From the human T2T-CHM13v2.0 reference genome, Homo sapiens: a stretch of 64,000 nt of DNA. Shown here piece by piece: positions 43,506 to 58,500 of this stretch (position 1 is its first letter; every line of letters begins with the position of its first letter). The notes below the pieces were generated by a model, which was given only the letters and a program-made list of their open reading frames with translations, was not told where the DNA came from and made no database searches. The stretch is taken from NCBI RefSeq assembly GCF_009914755.1, contig NC_060927.1. The stretch is one strand, 5' to 3'. The translations under genes and the position numbers were made by a program.

Positions 43506-43899
43506 GGAGTAGCATTATGTGGTAGCTACCTTTAAAATTTTCCATAAAATCTGCCTCAGCAGTAGAGGACTGAGTTATCCAGATGGTCCAGAGGTGACAC
43601 AGCTTTGGAGAGACAAGAGGCAGCAGCAAATACTAAGTCATGACGGGTAGGAGCTTGGATTCCAGATTTTCCAAGGGCACTAGGGGATCCAGGGGCATAA
43701 GCAGCAGTGTATGTGTGCAGTCCTGGAGATTCGGGAACTGACAATGCAGTGGCCAGCAGTGGGCAAGTAGTGGTCTGCAGTCAGTGCAATGATTAAGAGT
43801 TTAAAAGGAGGCAGACAATGGCCCAAACCCAGCAGAAGTCAATAACTGATTGAGAGAGAACACACTCATTCTTCTCCAAATTTCTTGTAGTATCTATTA

Positions 43900-44132
43900 A
43901 CCCTGTAGAAAAAAATAATATCCAGAACCATGATATCATAACCATGAGTGATAACATGGCTATTTATATTTAGATTATTTAAAATTAAATAAATTAAAAG
44001 TTCAATTGCTCAGTCACACTAGCCACGTATCAAGTGCTCAATAGCCACATATGCCCAATGGCTACCACATTGGGCAGTACAGAAAGAGAACATATCCATT
44101 ATCATAGAAAGTTCTTTTGGACAGCATTCATC
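43900..44132. mobile_element. MER3/MER33-like hAT relic
   Basis: ctcagtcacactagccacgtatcaagtgctcaatagccaca..agaaagttcttttggacagca. Confidence 0.75.
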
Positions 44133-45499
44133 TAGCAGCGACCTTACATAGGACCAGTAAACTACTGCCTAGGGGACACTTGAGTTAAACACGTAAGAAT
44201 TCTAAGTGATACCTAAATTGAGTGTGTGGTACATAAATAATTGTTGAATCAATAAAAGAAGAGAAAACATCAAAAATACTAGAATTCCTATTATTCACAC
44301 AGATGGGAGCAAGAAGTGTGAGGCATTGAAGTGCTACTGATAAGGTGACCCTTAAAGTACAAGCCCAGGGTTCTCCAAATGCATTTGTAATGACATCCAG
44401 ATGCTCTGGTAATAATAATTAATATGAGAGAGTGAAATTACATTTGCTCACACACAGTCTTATTTCCATACCTAGAATACAATGCCTCTACACTTTGGGT
44501 GTCTTTAAAAATCACTTTGATGTGTAACTTCCCTATTGTGTATGACGTCATACTGCAATCAGCAGATTGAGAGGAATTTTGGTATGGAAGAAAAACAAAG
44601 CAATTCCAACATTAGGGTTCAGGAGCATCTTGACAGTAGCTTATTGGTCCTCCAGCCCTCCTTCTAAAATACGGGCATTGAAAAAGAAACATGTACATTA
44701 ATAATCCTTGTAAGACAAATGACGTTGGTGCTATCTTTACAAATAAGAGTTGTTTCTAACAATATATAAATATTTTCAGTATTCTAAGTTAGGAAGCTTA
44801 TGTTTTGTTTTAAAAAATATTTTATACAGAGAAATATTAAACCCTAAAATTATTTTGTGGAAATACAGTCATATGCTTCATTACACATCAAATAGCATTT
44901 TTAGGAATAATTCCTTTTAAGCAACAGAAATCGACACAATTAAATAATATGCAGTTTTAGGTGTGATACTAAATACATGATCCTAATACTGATATCCAGT
45001 CCAATTAAAACACAGATGTGTAAGCTAAAAGAGACATGTTAGTACTACAAATTATATGATCCATTTCTGTTTCCTTTGGAACTACTGCATCCAACTTTTC
45101 TACACAAAAGCAGCAAACAAGGCCTTGTGATGTTAAGAAATTTCCAGGGCTCATCTAGACTGGAGGGACATCTCACTCAGATGTGCTAAAACGGAGTTCA
45201 CACCCTGGCTTAAGGGCAGACAAATAATTTAAAACAGTGGCAAGGTGTGGAAATATACATTTTATGAATTACTCCACATCCACGCCAGTGAATTCAATAA
45301 ATTTACTAACACAGTTTAAATACTACATACGCATGATCTAAGCTAACAGGCACAAAAAAGCATTCATTGTTTACAAATCTACTGGTTAAAATGGTACTAA
45401 TGAAGCAAAATAAAGGGGATTCTCTCTTTATATAGAAATTATATTTACCAAAAGAAGTATCTGTCCCATAACTGTAAAGTAAACCTTTTTTCCTGGCTA

Positions 45500-46210
45500 A
45501 CTACTAACCATTGGTTTCAAGGGGCACTGAGACAAAAAATAATAATACATTTACTTCATACCAAATATGAGTTAAGTACCTATTAGTAGCTATGGCAATT
45601 AAAAAAAAATAATGCAGGAGACAGAATTTAAAGTGCTGTGCAGGAGGGGTAGGCAATTTTAAATAACATGCCAAAGGTAGACCTCCTTTTACCAGCACAT
45701 GAACAAAGATTCAAATGTGTAAGGTGAGGGTGATAGCCATATGAATACTTAGGGATAGAGTATCCCAGGAAGAAGGAAAAGCTAGTACAAAGGCCTTGAA
45801 ATGAGACCATGCCTGTTTCATTAAAGATCAAGGAGACCAGAGTGGTTAGTGCCAAATGAATGTGAGAAAGAGGTTTTAGAAGGAGCCAGAGAGGTAATAG
45901 GGGGCTAGATCATGTAAAGACTAGTATATCATCCTAAGTAAACTTTGCTTTGACTAGGGATGAAATGGGGAGTTAGTGCAAGTTTGACTAGAGAGAGACA
46001 TTATTGGATATACCTTTAAAAAGATCACTCTGACTCCTTCAATGACAGCAGTCTATAAGGAGACAGGGGATGAGGCAGAAAGCCCAGCTAGAATGCTATT
46101 AGGGTAGTCCAAGGGAGAGATGATGGCATCTGGGACTGGTATGGTAATAGAAGTGATAAAAAGTGGTCAGATTATCAATCTATTTTGAAAATAGAGTTAG
46201 CAGAATTTTC
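45500..46210 (-). mobile_element. L2a fragment
   Basis: agtacaaaggccttga, aaagatcactctgactcc, gtagtccaagggagagatgatggc. Confidence 0.75.
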
Positions 46211-46878
46211 TGTTGTCAAGTATTAACAATGTCTAATAAATTATTTGCAAATATATATATATACATAGGTATATATTCATTACACATATACCAGTATCAC
46301 ATCCTGATTATAATATTTACAAAGACTGTTTTATTTTTCTCCAGCAGTCATGTAGGAGGGAGGCCAGTGCCTTAAATAAATCAGGAAAATTCTTTAAAAA
46401 GATGAAGTTCATTTATAACCAAAGCCACATTTAGAAAATTCATATGGTCATAAGGAAATGAACATTTTAACCTTATATGCTAGCTGCAATTGGCCCTTGG
46501 GTATTACAATAGCAAATGAAAATGTATCACAGCTTTTGTTGTCTTCATTTGATAATATTAATTGCTGTGGTCTCAATTTTTTAATTGAAATGCTCCTTGT
46601 CCTGAGGGTACAATAGATTCCTAACTGATCCATTTTTTTTAGGTTATGCACTTGTGTTCTCTTTGAAATTATCTTTCAGTAACTAAAACTGTTTAACATC
46701 TCCCTCTTGAGAATATCTGAATCTTGCCTCTCATTAAAAAGTCTTTAATAGTCTTCCTGGGGTCTTGGTCTTGTAGAAAATAATAAAAATCTCTAAAGGA
46801 GAGACAATTCTGATGAACTTAAGAACAGATGTTTGTAGATATCTATTATAGATATAACATATGATATATGTATGTGTG

Positions 46879-46909
<31 letters not shown>

Positions 46910-48254
46910 GTATAACCTCAAAGATAAACCAACTTTTAAATTTAATAAAATTAATAGAAAAAAAGTCCAGAAACTTTCCTTAATTACAGTTCTTACAGAA
47001 TAAAATTGATAGGTAAGTAGGACACCCATTAAAAAGCAATAGAAATATGAAATACATTTTTAACAGTACGTATAGTATGGCATATTTTACGAGCATATAT
47101 GCTAAAATACAGTATGTTAAATGTAGTATAAACTTTTGGAGTTGGTTATATTAGACATATAGAAGAGAAAATGGAATTTAAACCTGTGCAAATAATTTTT
47201 TGCACAGATAATAAACCCAAATAGCTTATACGCTAAGGAATACAATCTTCTGCATTAAAAATTACTAATAGGATATAATGAAACTTAAAATATTCATGAA
47301 AATTAGGCTGAAACAATTAGGTTATAACATATAATTGGAAGGCTTTTATATTTTGCAAGCAGAAAGTTCCCTACAATGGGTTTAATTAAATAATAGAAAA
47401 CCAGGTGATAGAGGATATAGGCAATGGTCCTACTTACTAAGAATGTTACATGCACATGTATTTAGTGTGAGCGGACAGGCAAATATATTATGTTGTTGAA
47501 ATGAGAATAATCAATAAAATTCCATGGCTGGAAATTTGCTACAAAGAAAATTAATAGAAAGGAACAAAAAGTTCACAGTTCTGCTTGATATTTTTTATTG
47601 TTGTTTTTACTTGAGAAGCGCAAATGTGGAAGAGAATAGATCAGGGCATTGTCCTTATAGCGAAGATTGAATAAATTCCTATTTACCATTTCATTAATGA
47701 CTGAAGGCTAGATGCTTAGAATTAGAACTTTGTACACCAACTCAGGTATCCAAAGAGGAAGTATTAATACTACTTGTATCCCTAGAGGCCAAGGGTTTAC
47801 AGAAAAAGCAAAGCTATGCAAAAGGTGAAATAAACAGAACTGAGAGAAGAAGCCAGCCACCCTTACCTGTATTTGTTTCATGCAAAATTCCTCATTGTGT
47901 ATTCTAAATTACTGTTAGAAGGTAATGTATCTGATGATTTAGCCAAAAGGAACAAAGGAGGCTGAAGTACATTCTCAAGACCACAGACTAAGAAAAAACC
48001 CATCCCCTTCTAATGGCTTCTGTAATCTCAGCAAACCACCTCAAGAGCAATCTCATGTGCATTTGGGTTTTACCTCATCCAATAATGATTTCAGAGGGAG
48101 AGAATACATTTCAAGGTTAATAGGTGAACCCACCATAATCTTAGCTCACATTAATATAAGACACCCTCATGTTACCTAATCAATCCTGTCAGGTCTATTT
48201 TGTAGGTTTTCTCCATCCCTAAGAAATACCTGAGATATAAAACCCAAACATCAC

Positions 48255-51200
48255 CTCTGCTTCCAACAAATATATGGATTAACAAGAACTAGACTTATGC
48301 TGTCATGTAAAACAACCAAGATAAAATACATAAAGCAATGATTTTCAAGACACTGGAACTCAGGTAACAAAGGACAGTGATCCCTGAGAAATTGAAAACA
48401 AGATGCGCCCTGTAATTGTCCTGGTTTGAGAGACTTCCAAAGCTATAGCACATTAGGGGGTCACCCAAGAAGAACTTGATAAACTCAATGAGTTAAGAAG
48501 ACAGAAGATAGAATCTGGGGAAACCAAGGCTGCACTGAAGGAGAATTCCAGAAAAGTACAGAGGGCCTTGACTTATTTTGCGAAGTACTAATCAACACAT
48601 ATGTGTGAATAACTTAAACCCTAGAAAAAGAATTGAAAGGATTAAATAGAACAGCGCCTGACACTCACACAGGGCTAGGAACAGAGCCTGTTCCCACAAA
48701 CTATGTTAGAAAAACTCACCATTCATTGTAGTGCACTCAGGAAAGTCTTACCACAGCAGGGGGAAATAAACTGCTATAAACTGAGCATTGCTACGAAAAT
48801 ATTCAACATTAACAAGGTACAAATTGCAATGTTTGGCATGCAATCAGAGATTACCTGGCATGCAAAGAAGCAGAAAAATGTGGCCCATTATAGGGAAAAT
48901 AAGAAAATAAAAATAACTCAGTATTGTCACAAATACTAGAATTAACAAAGATATTTAAACCTCATAATTGTATTATGTACATTCAGAGTATTAAGTAGAA
49001 ACATGGAAGACATTTTTTAAAAAAACAAACCAAACCTCTAGAGACACAAACCACATTATATAATATGAAAATACACCACATGTAATTAACAACAATTAAA
49101 TATTGCAAAAAAAAAAAACAGTGAAATTGAAACAGATAGGGAAAAGAGAATTTATAGAAAATGGAAACAACTTTAGTGAGCTGTGGGATATTTCAAGCAG
49201 GTTAATATGCAAATATTTGGGATTACTCAAAGGAGAAAAGAGGAAGGACACAAATTTTCAGAAAATGATGGCTGAAATTTTCCAAAATTGATAAAAATTA
49301 TCAACCTGATCATCTCAGGACCCTGACAAGTCTCAATCACAAGAAACATGAAAAAAGCATATCTTAATCAAAGTACACAAGATCAGTGAGAAAGAGAAAA
49401 ACTTAAATGCAACCAAAGTAAAACAATGTATATACAGAGAAAGAGAGACAAAGACGGAAATATTTCTCACCAGAAACAATGTAAGCAAGAAGACAGTGGT
49501 AAAATGACTCCATAGTACTAGAATCAAAACAAAACTGTAACATTATGCTAACACTAGTCAAAAGAAAGTTGGAGTGGCTATGTTAATATTGAAGTAGATT
49601 TTGGAGCAAAAGGTAATTACTAGGGATACCTGAAGGTCAGTTCTTCAAAAGGTCATAGCAATTGTGAATTTTTATGTACCTAATAATCAAGCTTCAAAAT
49701 TCATGAAGCAAAATTGGTTGAACTACAAGGATAAATAGATAAATCCACAATTGTAATCATAGATTTCAATGCCCTTGCTCCATAAGTGATAGAACAAATA
49801 GAAAAAAAAAATAAGCAAAGATATAGTAGACTGGTACCATATTGTCAACTAACTTGACTTAATTGACTGCAAATAAATTATCTACCCAACGACAGCAGAA
49901 TACATATTCTTTTCAAGTGCACATGGAACACTTACCAACATACTCTGGAATATAAAGCAAATCACAATAAATTTTAATGATTCAAGTCATACAAGGCATG
50001 TCCTTTGACCAAAGTAAAACAAATTAGATACTAATAACAGAAAGATATCCGAAAATCCCCAAATATTTGGGAACTAAACAATGTACTTCTAAATAATGTT
50101 GAAAAAGACACTCAAATGATAAATTAGAAAAGGTTTTGAATGAATAAAAATAAAACACCATATATCAGAATTTGTGAGATGGTATTAAAGCTGTACTTTG
50201 AGGAAACTTTATAGCAATAAACCTCTATATTAATAAAGATGAAAGATCTCAGATTAATGATCTCATTTTATATCTTAAGAAACTTAAAAAAATAAAAATA
50301 AGAAAAACTAGTGATACTCAAAGTGAGCAGAAAAAATACAATAATAAAGATAAAAATGAAAATCAATGAAATAGAAAATAAAAACAGTACAAAATTGATT
50401 GAATTAAAAGCTGGTGCTTTAAGGTTGTCAATAACATTGATAAAGTAAAATTACCAATAAAAGGAATGAGAAAGGTGGTATCACTCAGATTCAGAAGACA
50501 TCAAAAGGATAGTATGTGAGTAGTATTATTAACTAATTCATGCCTATTAATTTGATGACTTAGATGAAATGGTCACATTTTTTGGAAGACGCAAGTTATC
50601 AATGTTCTTTCAAAGAGAAATAAATTACCTGAATAGCTGTATATCTAGTACAGAAATTCAATTTGTAGTTTAAAAACTTCCCCAAAAAGAGAAGTCCAGG
50701 CCAATATCTCTTGTTGTGCATTCTGCCAAATATTTAATGAGAAAATATTACCAAGTCTATACAAATTCTTCCAGAAAACTAAAGAGGATAAAATAATTCC
50801 TAATACATCCTATAAGGCCAGGATTGCCCTGACATTAAACTCAAAGACTAGACAAACAAAACCATAGATCAATATCTCACGTGAACATAGATGTAAAAAT
50901 TCTAAACAAAACTTTAGCAATTTGAATGTAATGATGTATAAAAAGTATAATTTATCATGACCAAGTGATATTTATCTCAAGAATGCACATTAAATTTAAC
51001 ATTTGAAAATCAATAAATGTAATTTATTCATATAAACATATGATCATCTCTACAGGCATAGAGGAAACATTTGATGAAAATCAAAATCTATTCCTGATTA
51101 AAAACGAAAGACCAAACAAACTCTAAGCAAAGTTCTATTAGAAATAGAAGTATACTTTCTCAATTAAAAACAAAAAGGAGTTGGGGGGCGGGGGAGTTCT

Positions 51201-51745
51201 ACAAAATTTTATGGTTTTCTAGGTAAGATCAGGGAGAAGAAAAGTATTTCTGTTCTCACTCTGTTTCTATTCAACATTGTGCTGGAGATTCTAGCCAGTA
51301 CGTTCTGATAAAAGATTTAAAAAAACAAAAAAAGAAGAAGAAAAACAAAACAAAATTTGTTTTGACAAATTTGACAAGAAGTCTTTCTTCACATACAACA
51401 TGATGATCTATAAAGAAAATCTGATCGATTCAATAAAATAACAAGATCGATATACAAAAGACAAAGTATTGTTACATACCATATACACCATATGCTTTAT
51501 ATATGAAACATAAATGAAAACAATATTATTTATGATATCAAAAATATGAAGTACTTAATGATAAATCTGATAAAACATATGGAAAACTTAAGTACTGAAA
51601 CTGTAAAACATCACTGAGAGAATATAAATAAATCCTAAATAAGAGTTTTGGTTTGTTTACGGGGTAGAAGAGTCAATATTGTTAAGACATCAGTTCATCT
51701 TCATCTACAGATTCAATGCAACTATAATCAAAATTGTAGCATCTT
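48255..51745 (+). mobile_element. Old L1M (L1MD-like) with 5' region and heavily decayed ORF1/ORF2
   Basis: ORF1-like FSELWDIS..MMAEIFQN; ORF2-like gaatacatattcttttcaagtgcacatggaaca, tattcaacattgtgctggagattctagccag. Confidence 0.8.
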
Positions 51746-54700
51746 TTACAATCTGAAACACAGGGTATGTAAGTGGAGTCAGGAATCTTCAAGGTATAAA
51801 CTTCGGTTCCATATAGTACATATTTTTCAGATGCTGAGTAGAAAGGGGAAAGGGCCATGTCTCTGCTTCCTTTTGCTCACCAAAAAGACCAAAATTTAAG
51901 GATGTAAAAGATGGGATTTTCTTGCATAGTGTATGGGTGTTCTTATTCAGGGGTAAGAAACTCAAGGTGTAATACATATGGGTGTTGCACAGAATTCTAT
52001 TCATGCACACACGCAGCAAGTGTAGATAGAATATGCTCCTAAAATAGACTTACTGGTGAAAAAAATGTTTCTGAAGAACAAATCACCTCTAAAATAAGCT
52101 GTATGGGTAATAATCTTGTTTTTGAGTGAGGCAATCTTTACACAAGTAACTCAGGTACTCAGCCATCTTCAATTTTATTCTGGTTTTATTTATCACCAGC
52201 CTTGATGAAGTTCTTCATAAATTCTCCATAAAATCCACCCAGAAAATAAATTACTGGGTAATGAATAATGTACCAAAAATTTCATAAGGAGCCATAAGAG
52301 AGTGCTTACCAAAACCGAGCAAATTCCATACCAAACCTAGTCCAATAGCCATCATCAGAAAAGTCAAGTATCCCAGGTGATTTTCTCATGTGCCCTGCAA
52401 CATGAACTACTTGCTCTCTGCCATTCTAGTGTTCTCGGCCTCAACTTGCTCCTAAACTTCCGTACCACATTCATCTCAGTGTCTAGCAAAACAAACACCC
52501 TCTTATTAATGAGGCACCTCTTCCTCCTTGAAGATAGCTTATTGTTCAGTGAGCATGCTCTGTGGGAGTTTCACCTCCTGCCCCAAATCACTAACCAAGG
52601 TATTCCTTCCAACCACAAGCAGGTTTTTCCTTGAGAGAGGTCTGAGAGATAACATCTTTCTTATTTCATTATATGCAATGTAAATAAATAAATGAATAAC
52701 TGTGTGTTATTTATGTGACTGTCCATTGACACTGACATGCAAGCTTCAATGTTCACAGATAGTCACAGCTAAACAGTTGACCTCCTATACATTTTTGGGC
52801 GGGGGGGGTGATTCTATGAGGTTCACTCAAAAAGGCTAAAAATAAAAATATACCTGTGCAAGGTTTAGATTACTTTGTGAATGGTAAAATATCGACCATC
52901 TAGTTCATAGAAATATGCTAATTTCACTTTTAGCCCCTTCCATCGAATCCTGGGCAGATTACCCATTAGAAGATTACCCACGCATTTGGCCACACCATGC
53001 ACACTACCCATGAAAGAGCTAAGCTCCAGGCTCTGTGTCCTTTTGGACCTTGATTAGAGTAACTTGCAATATGAATGGAACCATCCTTTGCAGTTCAAAT
53101 CACAAAAGAAGAGAGAAAAGTTTTAGGATATCTAGTTTTAAAAACACATACATTTCTATTTTTAAAAACATTTCCTCACTCTTCAGTATGCTTTTCTAAA
53201 ACTGAAACCAAATGATGGGCATATTGACTATATTAAAATATCAGTTAAGTGACTAATATACATGATTATTTAATGTCCTTTTCCAAATATGACAAAGAGA
53301 TACCCTCAAGCCAAAGAAAAAACTCTTGTTGAAAATTTGAATGCATTTGGTGCACACAATAGCATTGGGCTGAAAAATCATCTTTCAATCTGAGGCAAAT
53401 TGTTCCCTATTTGTTTTTAACATACGTCATGTAAGTTAGGTTTTTTTCTATATATATAGAATAGAAAATCGAAGACGAGTTGTAGAAAAAGAATACCTCA
53501 AAATTTATCTCTAATTTTTAAAGTAAGTGAAATGAAAATTAAGTGCCTCTGAAAGACATTTATTCTCCTCATATTCATGTCATGTTTCTAGGCTTCAAAA
53601 AGGTAAATTGCATCATTGCTTGTTTCTAAAATAATTCATTAAAGGGAATTTTAGCAAATCAAGATATAGTAAAGCTAGAAGTTCCTTCAGGTAAAAAATT
53701 TTGTAACAGCTGTTATGGAAAGAAGATTACTGCTTTTTAAAAGAGTCATTTGGATAATGATATTTTATAATTTGATTTCATCTTTTATTTTGATATTTTA
53801 TTTTTGATAGGTGATGTTTATTCCAGGTGCAATATATATTGGAAATGTAGCTAATCTGGCCAAACTGAACTCTTCAGTTCAGTAGTCCTGATGTCAGAAT
53901 CTGCTTTTTATTTATCCAAGTTAGCCATTCAATTATTTATTGACAATATCCACACAAGCATTAATTTAGCAAATTGGTATTGTTAATCTCAGTCACGAGG
54001 GGAAAAACAATATCATTACTGTCAAATTACTGACAGCATGGTGTCTGGTCAAATTAAGTAAGTTTGCTGTTTCATAATAAACCAAGTTAATGGTTTGCTT
54101 TGCAAATGTAAGTGTTAAAATTAATCTTTTCAATGGTATAGAATCATCACTTGAAATGACATAGTTTAATGATCAAAAAAGCATTCATTGGTTTTACCTA
54201 AAACCTTGATGTTCACTAGTCAAAACAGATTATGAATTATGTTACTTACATTTAAAAATAACAAACCTAGGTTTTTAAAGTTGACATATTTTTTGAATGT
54301 CAATAATATGTGTATGTAGGTATGTGCATAATTAGAAGACAGAATAAAAAAGAACTTAAACCCATATTCACATCTTGATGTATATCAATTAGCTTACTTT
54401 ATGTCTATCATATATTCAGCACTGTGATAGATACTGGATGAGAGCATGACATCTCTTTGGAGAGTGCAGTAATTGGGAGAAGGGCTAGAAACAGGAAATT
54501 TGTAATGCAGTTTGACAAGCGTGGTGAGTGACAGAATATATGAGCACATAACAGAAGGTGACAGGCACATTTTCTCGAAGAAAGGAATAATGATGCTGAG
54601 TCTTTAGGATGAATAGGTGTTGGGCTGGATAAGAGTGAGTTTCTGAGTAGGGCTGGATAAGTAATGGGCTTGGGGTGAACCTGTCCCAGGTGAATGAAGA

Positions 54701-55789
54701 GCTTTTGTAAAGGTTCTGTGGTAGGAACCATTACAATCAATTTCAGGAATTTTAGTATGCAAAGAAATCTGAGCATGATGAGAAAGAGGAAGGAAATAGA
54801 GCTAAACCTGGGACCAGTTTCAACACTTACAATTTTTTCCTCTACCAGAATTCCCAAGTTGATACTAATTTTCAACCTATGGTTGAATTCATTTGGCCTC
54901 AGTGCCCATCATACTTCCTTTAGCTAAAGTTTCTTCACTCATTTTTTGGTTGGGTAAAGTTTATCATCTGGTAGTTTATTTGAGAATATTTTGTATGACC
55001 AAAACTATCTGTTGCCTTTCTACTTAAATGTCTATTGGTTAATTATAAACTCAAGGGTATGTTTTATTTCTCTAACGATTTGAAGGCATCTTACCATTGT
55101 CTTCTTGTGTGGAGAATCCAAAGGCCAGACAGGTTTGTTTTGCCTGATATAGTAACTTTATGAAATTTTGTAACAAACATCAGAGGAAATTCTTGTCATG
55201 CTATCATGCTCAGATGTTGTAAATAATATTTTTAACAGGACAGTGAGTAAAAGGTTACTCTTTCCAAGCAACAATCATCACTCAGAAGAAATTTTTAACA
55301 AAGTGCTCCCTATAACAGGACCATAAATCCAGGAGACACCTCTTTATGTCTATGTTTCAGGGTTGCAAATTCATACACATTATATTCACAGTGAAGATAA
55401 AATATATATCTTTGCATATCCTTAACTAATTTTATTTTATTGTAAACTCTTTATCAAGTAGTGGGGAAACAAAAGGTTACCAGTTAATAATATTTCTACC
55501 TCATTCCATTTAAATAGTTGCATTGTAGCTTAACATATTTCTTTCAAGAAAGTACTGTCAGGATTTTTTTCAGAGGTTCCCCCCACTCCAGTTTCCACTC
55601 CTTAATGGTCCCTATAAGTATGGGGGTGGGGTTGGGGTAGGAAGAGTTTATTACACATTTCTGCAGCAGGGGTGGAATCAGAGCTGCAGAGTTTTCCTCT
55701 GTAGTGTCTCCACAGGTGAAGTTCGCCTTTCACTCTTGGCCTCTCTTGACTTCTCTTTCCCTTCCCCAGCTCCAACCACCTTTAATGTG

Positions 55790-56260
55790 GAGGACTGTAT
55801 ACTGACCTGCAGAGAATATATCTAGGCAAAGAAACTAGTCAGAAGTATATTGTCATAGTCCAGGAAAGAAATGAAGATACTCTGTACCAAGGAAGTAGCA
55901 GTAGGAATCCAGATACAAAATACACAAATATTATTTTATTTCTCTCTATAAGTCTGAGTGGTATGGAGTATCATACCTACAAGGCAGATAACAGGTTCAG
56001 AGAAACAACAAACTGTGGAAGACTTTGCAATTGATAAGTTGATCCTTCTAACCCATTAATGGATGGATTCATGAATAAGTTTATCAATGGGTCAATCAAT
56101 AGATCAATGAACCAACAAAAGACATGTGTCTGGAGCTGAGTAGAGAGGACCATCACCATGAGTGTGGAGCCTGATTCTTGAAGCCCTAGTGAGCGATATT
56201 ACCTCACAGTGATATTCAGAGAAAGCTAAGAATGGAACTTTTAAAAAGGCTAATGTGAAA
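55790..56260 (-). mobile_element. L2 fragment
   Basis: atagtccaggaaagaaatgaag..ccaaggaagtagcagtagg, gtgtctggagctgagtagagagg. Confidence 0.5.
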
Positions 56261-56783
56261 AGACTTACAAGTATTACTAGAATGGACAGATTCAAGCTAT
56301 TTATATTACCATTTCTAAACTCTGAAGAAATTCTGCAGGTGGAGCTTTGCTTCAGATGTTTACCCATCACTGATCCACAGGTCAAGATGAGCCTGAATCC
56401 CTGGCCCTTCCTGAGAGGATCCACTCAGATCCCACCAACATTTTAATCCACAATTGGAATGCCTTGTTTAACTCTTCAGATCCAGGTAATTCTCATTTGA
56501 AGGCAGGGTTCAAATTTTCCTGTCACTCAGTATTCTATTTGTTGAGTGTTAAAATTCTAAACTTTTATTGAATGCTTCAATTTGCTGTTCACTGAGTTTA
56601 ATGATTTGACTATTTTCTCCTACTTGTCTGTTCAAATCTAATCAAAATTCCAGATACACATTCTGATTAAAAGTTAATGACATTAGGACTATGAGAAATT
56701 TAAAATGAATCAGGTGTTAACATCACGTAAGCTATTTCAGCTTTGATACTAAATGTGAATGACTCTCAAAAAAATCTTTAAAA

Positions 56784-57318
56784 ATAAATCATGCTGCTAT
56801 AAAGACACATGCACACGTATGTTTATTGCGGCATTATTCACAATAGCAAAGACTTGGAACCAACCCAAATGTCCAACAATGATAGACTGCATGAAGAAAA
56901 TGTGGCACATATACACCATGGAATACTATGCAGCCATAAAAAATGATGAGTTCATGTCCTTTGTAGGGACATGGATGAAATTGGAAATCATCATTCTCAG
57001 TAAACTATCGCAAGAACAAAAAACCAAACACCGCATATTCTCACTAATAGGTGGGAATTGAACAATGAGATCACATGGACACATGAAGGGGAATATCACA
57101 CTCTGGGGACTGTGGTGGGGTGGGGGGATGGGGGAGGGATAGCACTGGGAGATATACCTAATGCTAGATGACGAGTTAGTGGGTGCAGCGCACCAGCATG
57201 GCACATGTATACATATGTAACTAACCTGCACAATGTGCACATGTACCCTAAAACTTAAAGTATAATAAAAAAAAATCAAAAATAAAAAAATAAAATAAAA
57301 TAAAAATTAAAAAAAAAA
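56784..57318 (+). mobile_element. L1PA2-like 3' end (about 535 bp) with A-rich tail
   Basis: gaaattggaaatcatcattctcagtaaac, gagatcacatgg, gctagatgacGAGttagtggg (not the L1HS ACA/ACG); ORF2 C-terminus; possible TSD aaaaaaatc. Confidence 0.93.
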
Positions 57319-57619
57319 TCCTTCTTATCTCAGTCTGAGCTTCTTTGAAGTCAAATAGTCTTCTTTTTTAGCTTTTTATACCTATTAAATTGAGATTTGA
57401 GGGAGTATTTATTTTTAATGATTTTATTCCATTAGCATTGCCTTATAGGTAAGTAACATTTTTATGTGTGGCTGGTACATCTCTATGCACGGCTTTTACC
57501 TGAATCCCCTTCATTATTATCTGAATGAAAACCACTTCCTTTAATAAAAACAATTTATAGACATATATATAGAGAGAGAGAGAGGGAGAGAGAGAATTAA
57601 CACAATGATGAGATAATGA

Positions 57620-58500
57620 TATTATGTCTATTAGAAGGACTAAAATACAAAACACTGTTAACACCAATTGCTGGCAAGGATGTGGAACAACAGGAACTCT
57701 GATTCATTGCTGGAGGGGATGCAAAATGGTGCAGCTACTTTGGAAGACAGTTTGACAGTTTCTTACAAAAATAAACAATCTTTTACCTTATGATCCATCA
57801 ACTGTACTCCGTAGGATTTATCCATATTATTTGAAAACTTACTCACATGCAAAAGCCTCCACATAAATGTTTATTGCAGCTTTACTCATAATTGCCAAAA
57901 CTTGGGAATTAACAAAGGTGTTCTTCAATAGGTGAATGAATAAACAAATTGTGGCATACCCATACAATAGAATATTATGCAGTGATAAAAAGAATGAAAT
58001 CTCAAGCCACAGAAAGACATAGAGAAATCTTAAAGGCATATTGCTAAGTGAAGGAAACCAACTTCGAAAGGCTACATAATGTATGATTCCCACTATATGA
58101 CATTCTGAAAAAGGCAAAATTATGGAGACAGTAAGCCCATGGTTTCTAGTAGCTGGGCAGGAGGTAGGTAGAGATGAATGACAGGTGGAGTACAGATAAT
58201 TTTTAGGGCAGTGAGACTATTTTTTATAATACCATAATGGTGGATACCTGTCGTGATGATACATTTAGTAAAGCCCAAAGAATGTAAAACACACAGTGTA
58301 AACTCAAATGTAAACTATGAATGTTAGCTAATAATAATATATTTTTTCATCAACTCTAACAGATACACCACAGTAAATAAAGCAATATGTTGGTAGGGGA
58401 AAATGTGAGGAGTAAACTGGGGTATACAGGGACTCGGTACTTTCTGCTTATTCTTCTGCAGTTAAAACTGCCCGAGAAGGTAAAGTCTATTAATTTTAAA
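57620..58500 (+). mobile_element. L1MC-like 3' end
   Basis: tgctggcaaggatgtggaacaacaggaactc, actatatgacattctgaaaaaggcaaaa, ttttagggcagtgagactat. Confidence 0.85.

Noticed and set aside
54408-54927. 155-aa minus-strand ORF
   Set aside because: No recognisable domain or coding-like composition; overlaps decayed repeat-like sequence
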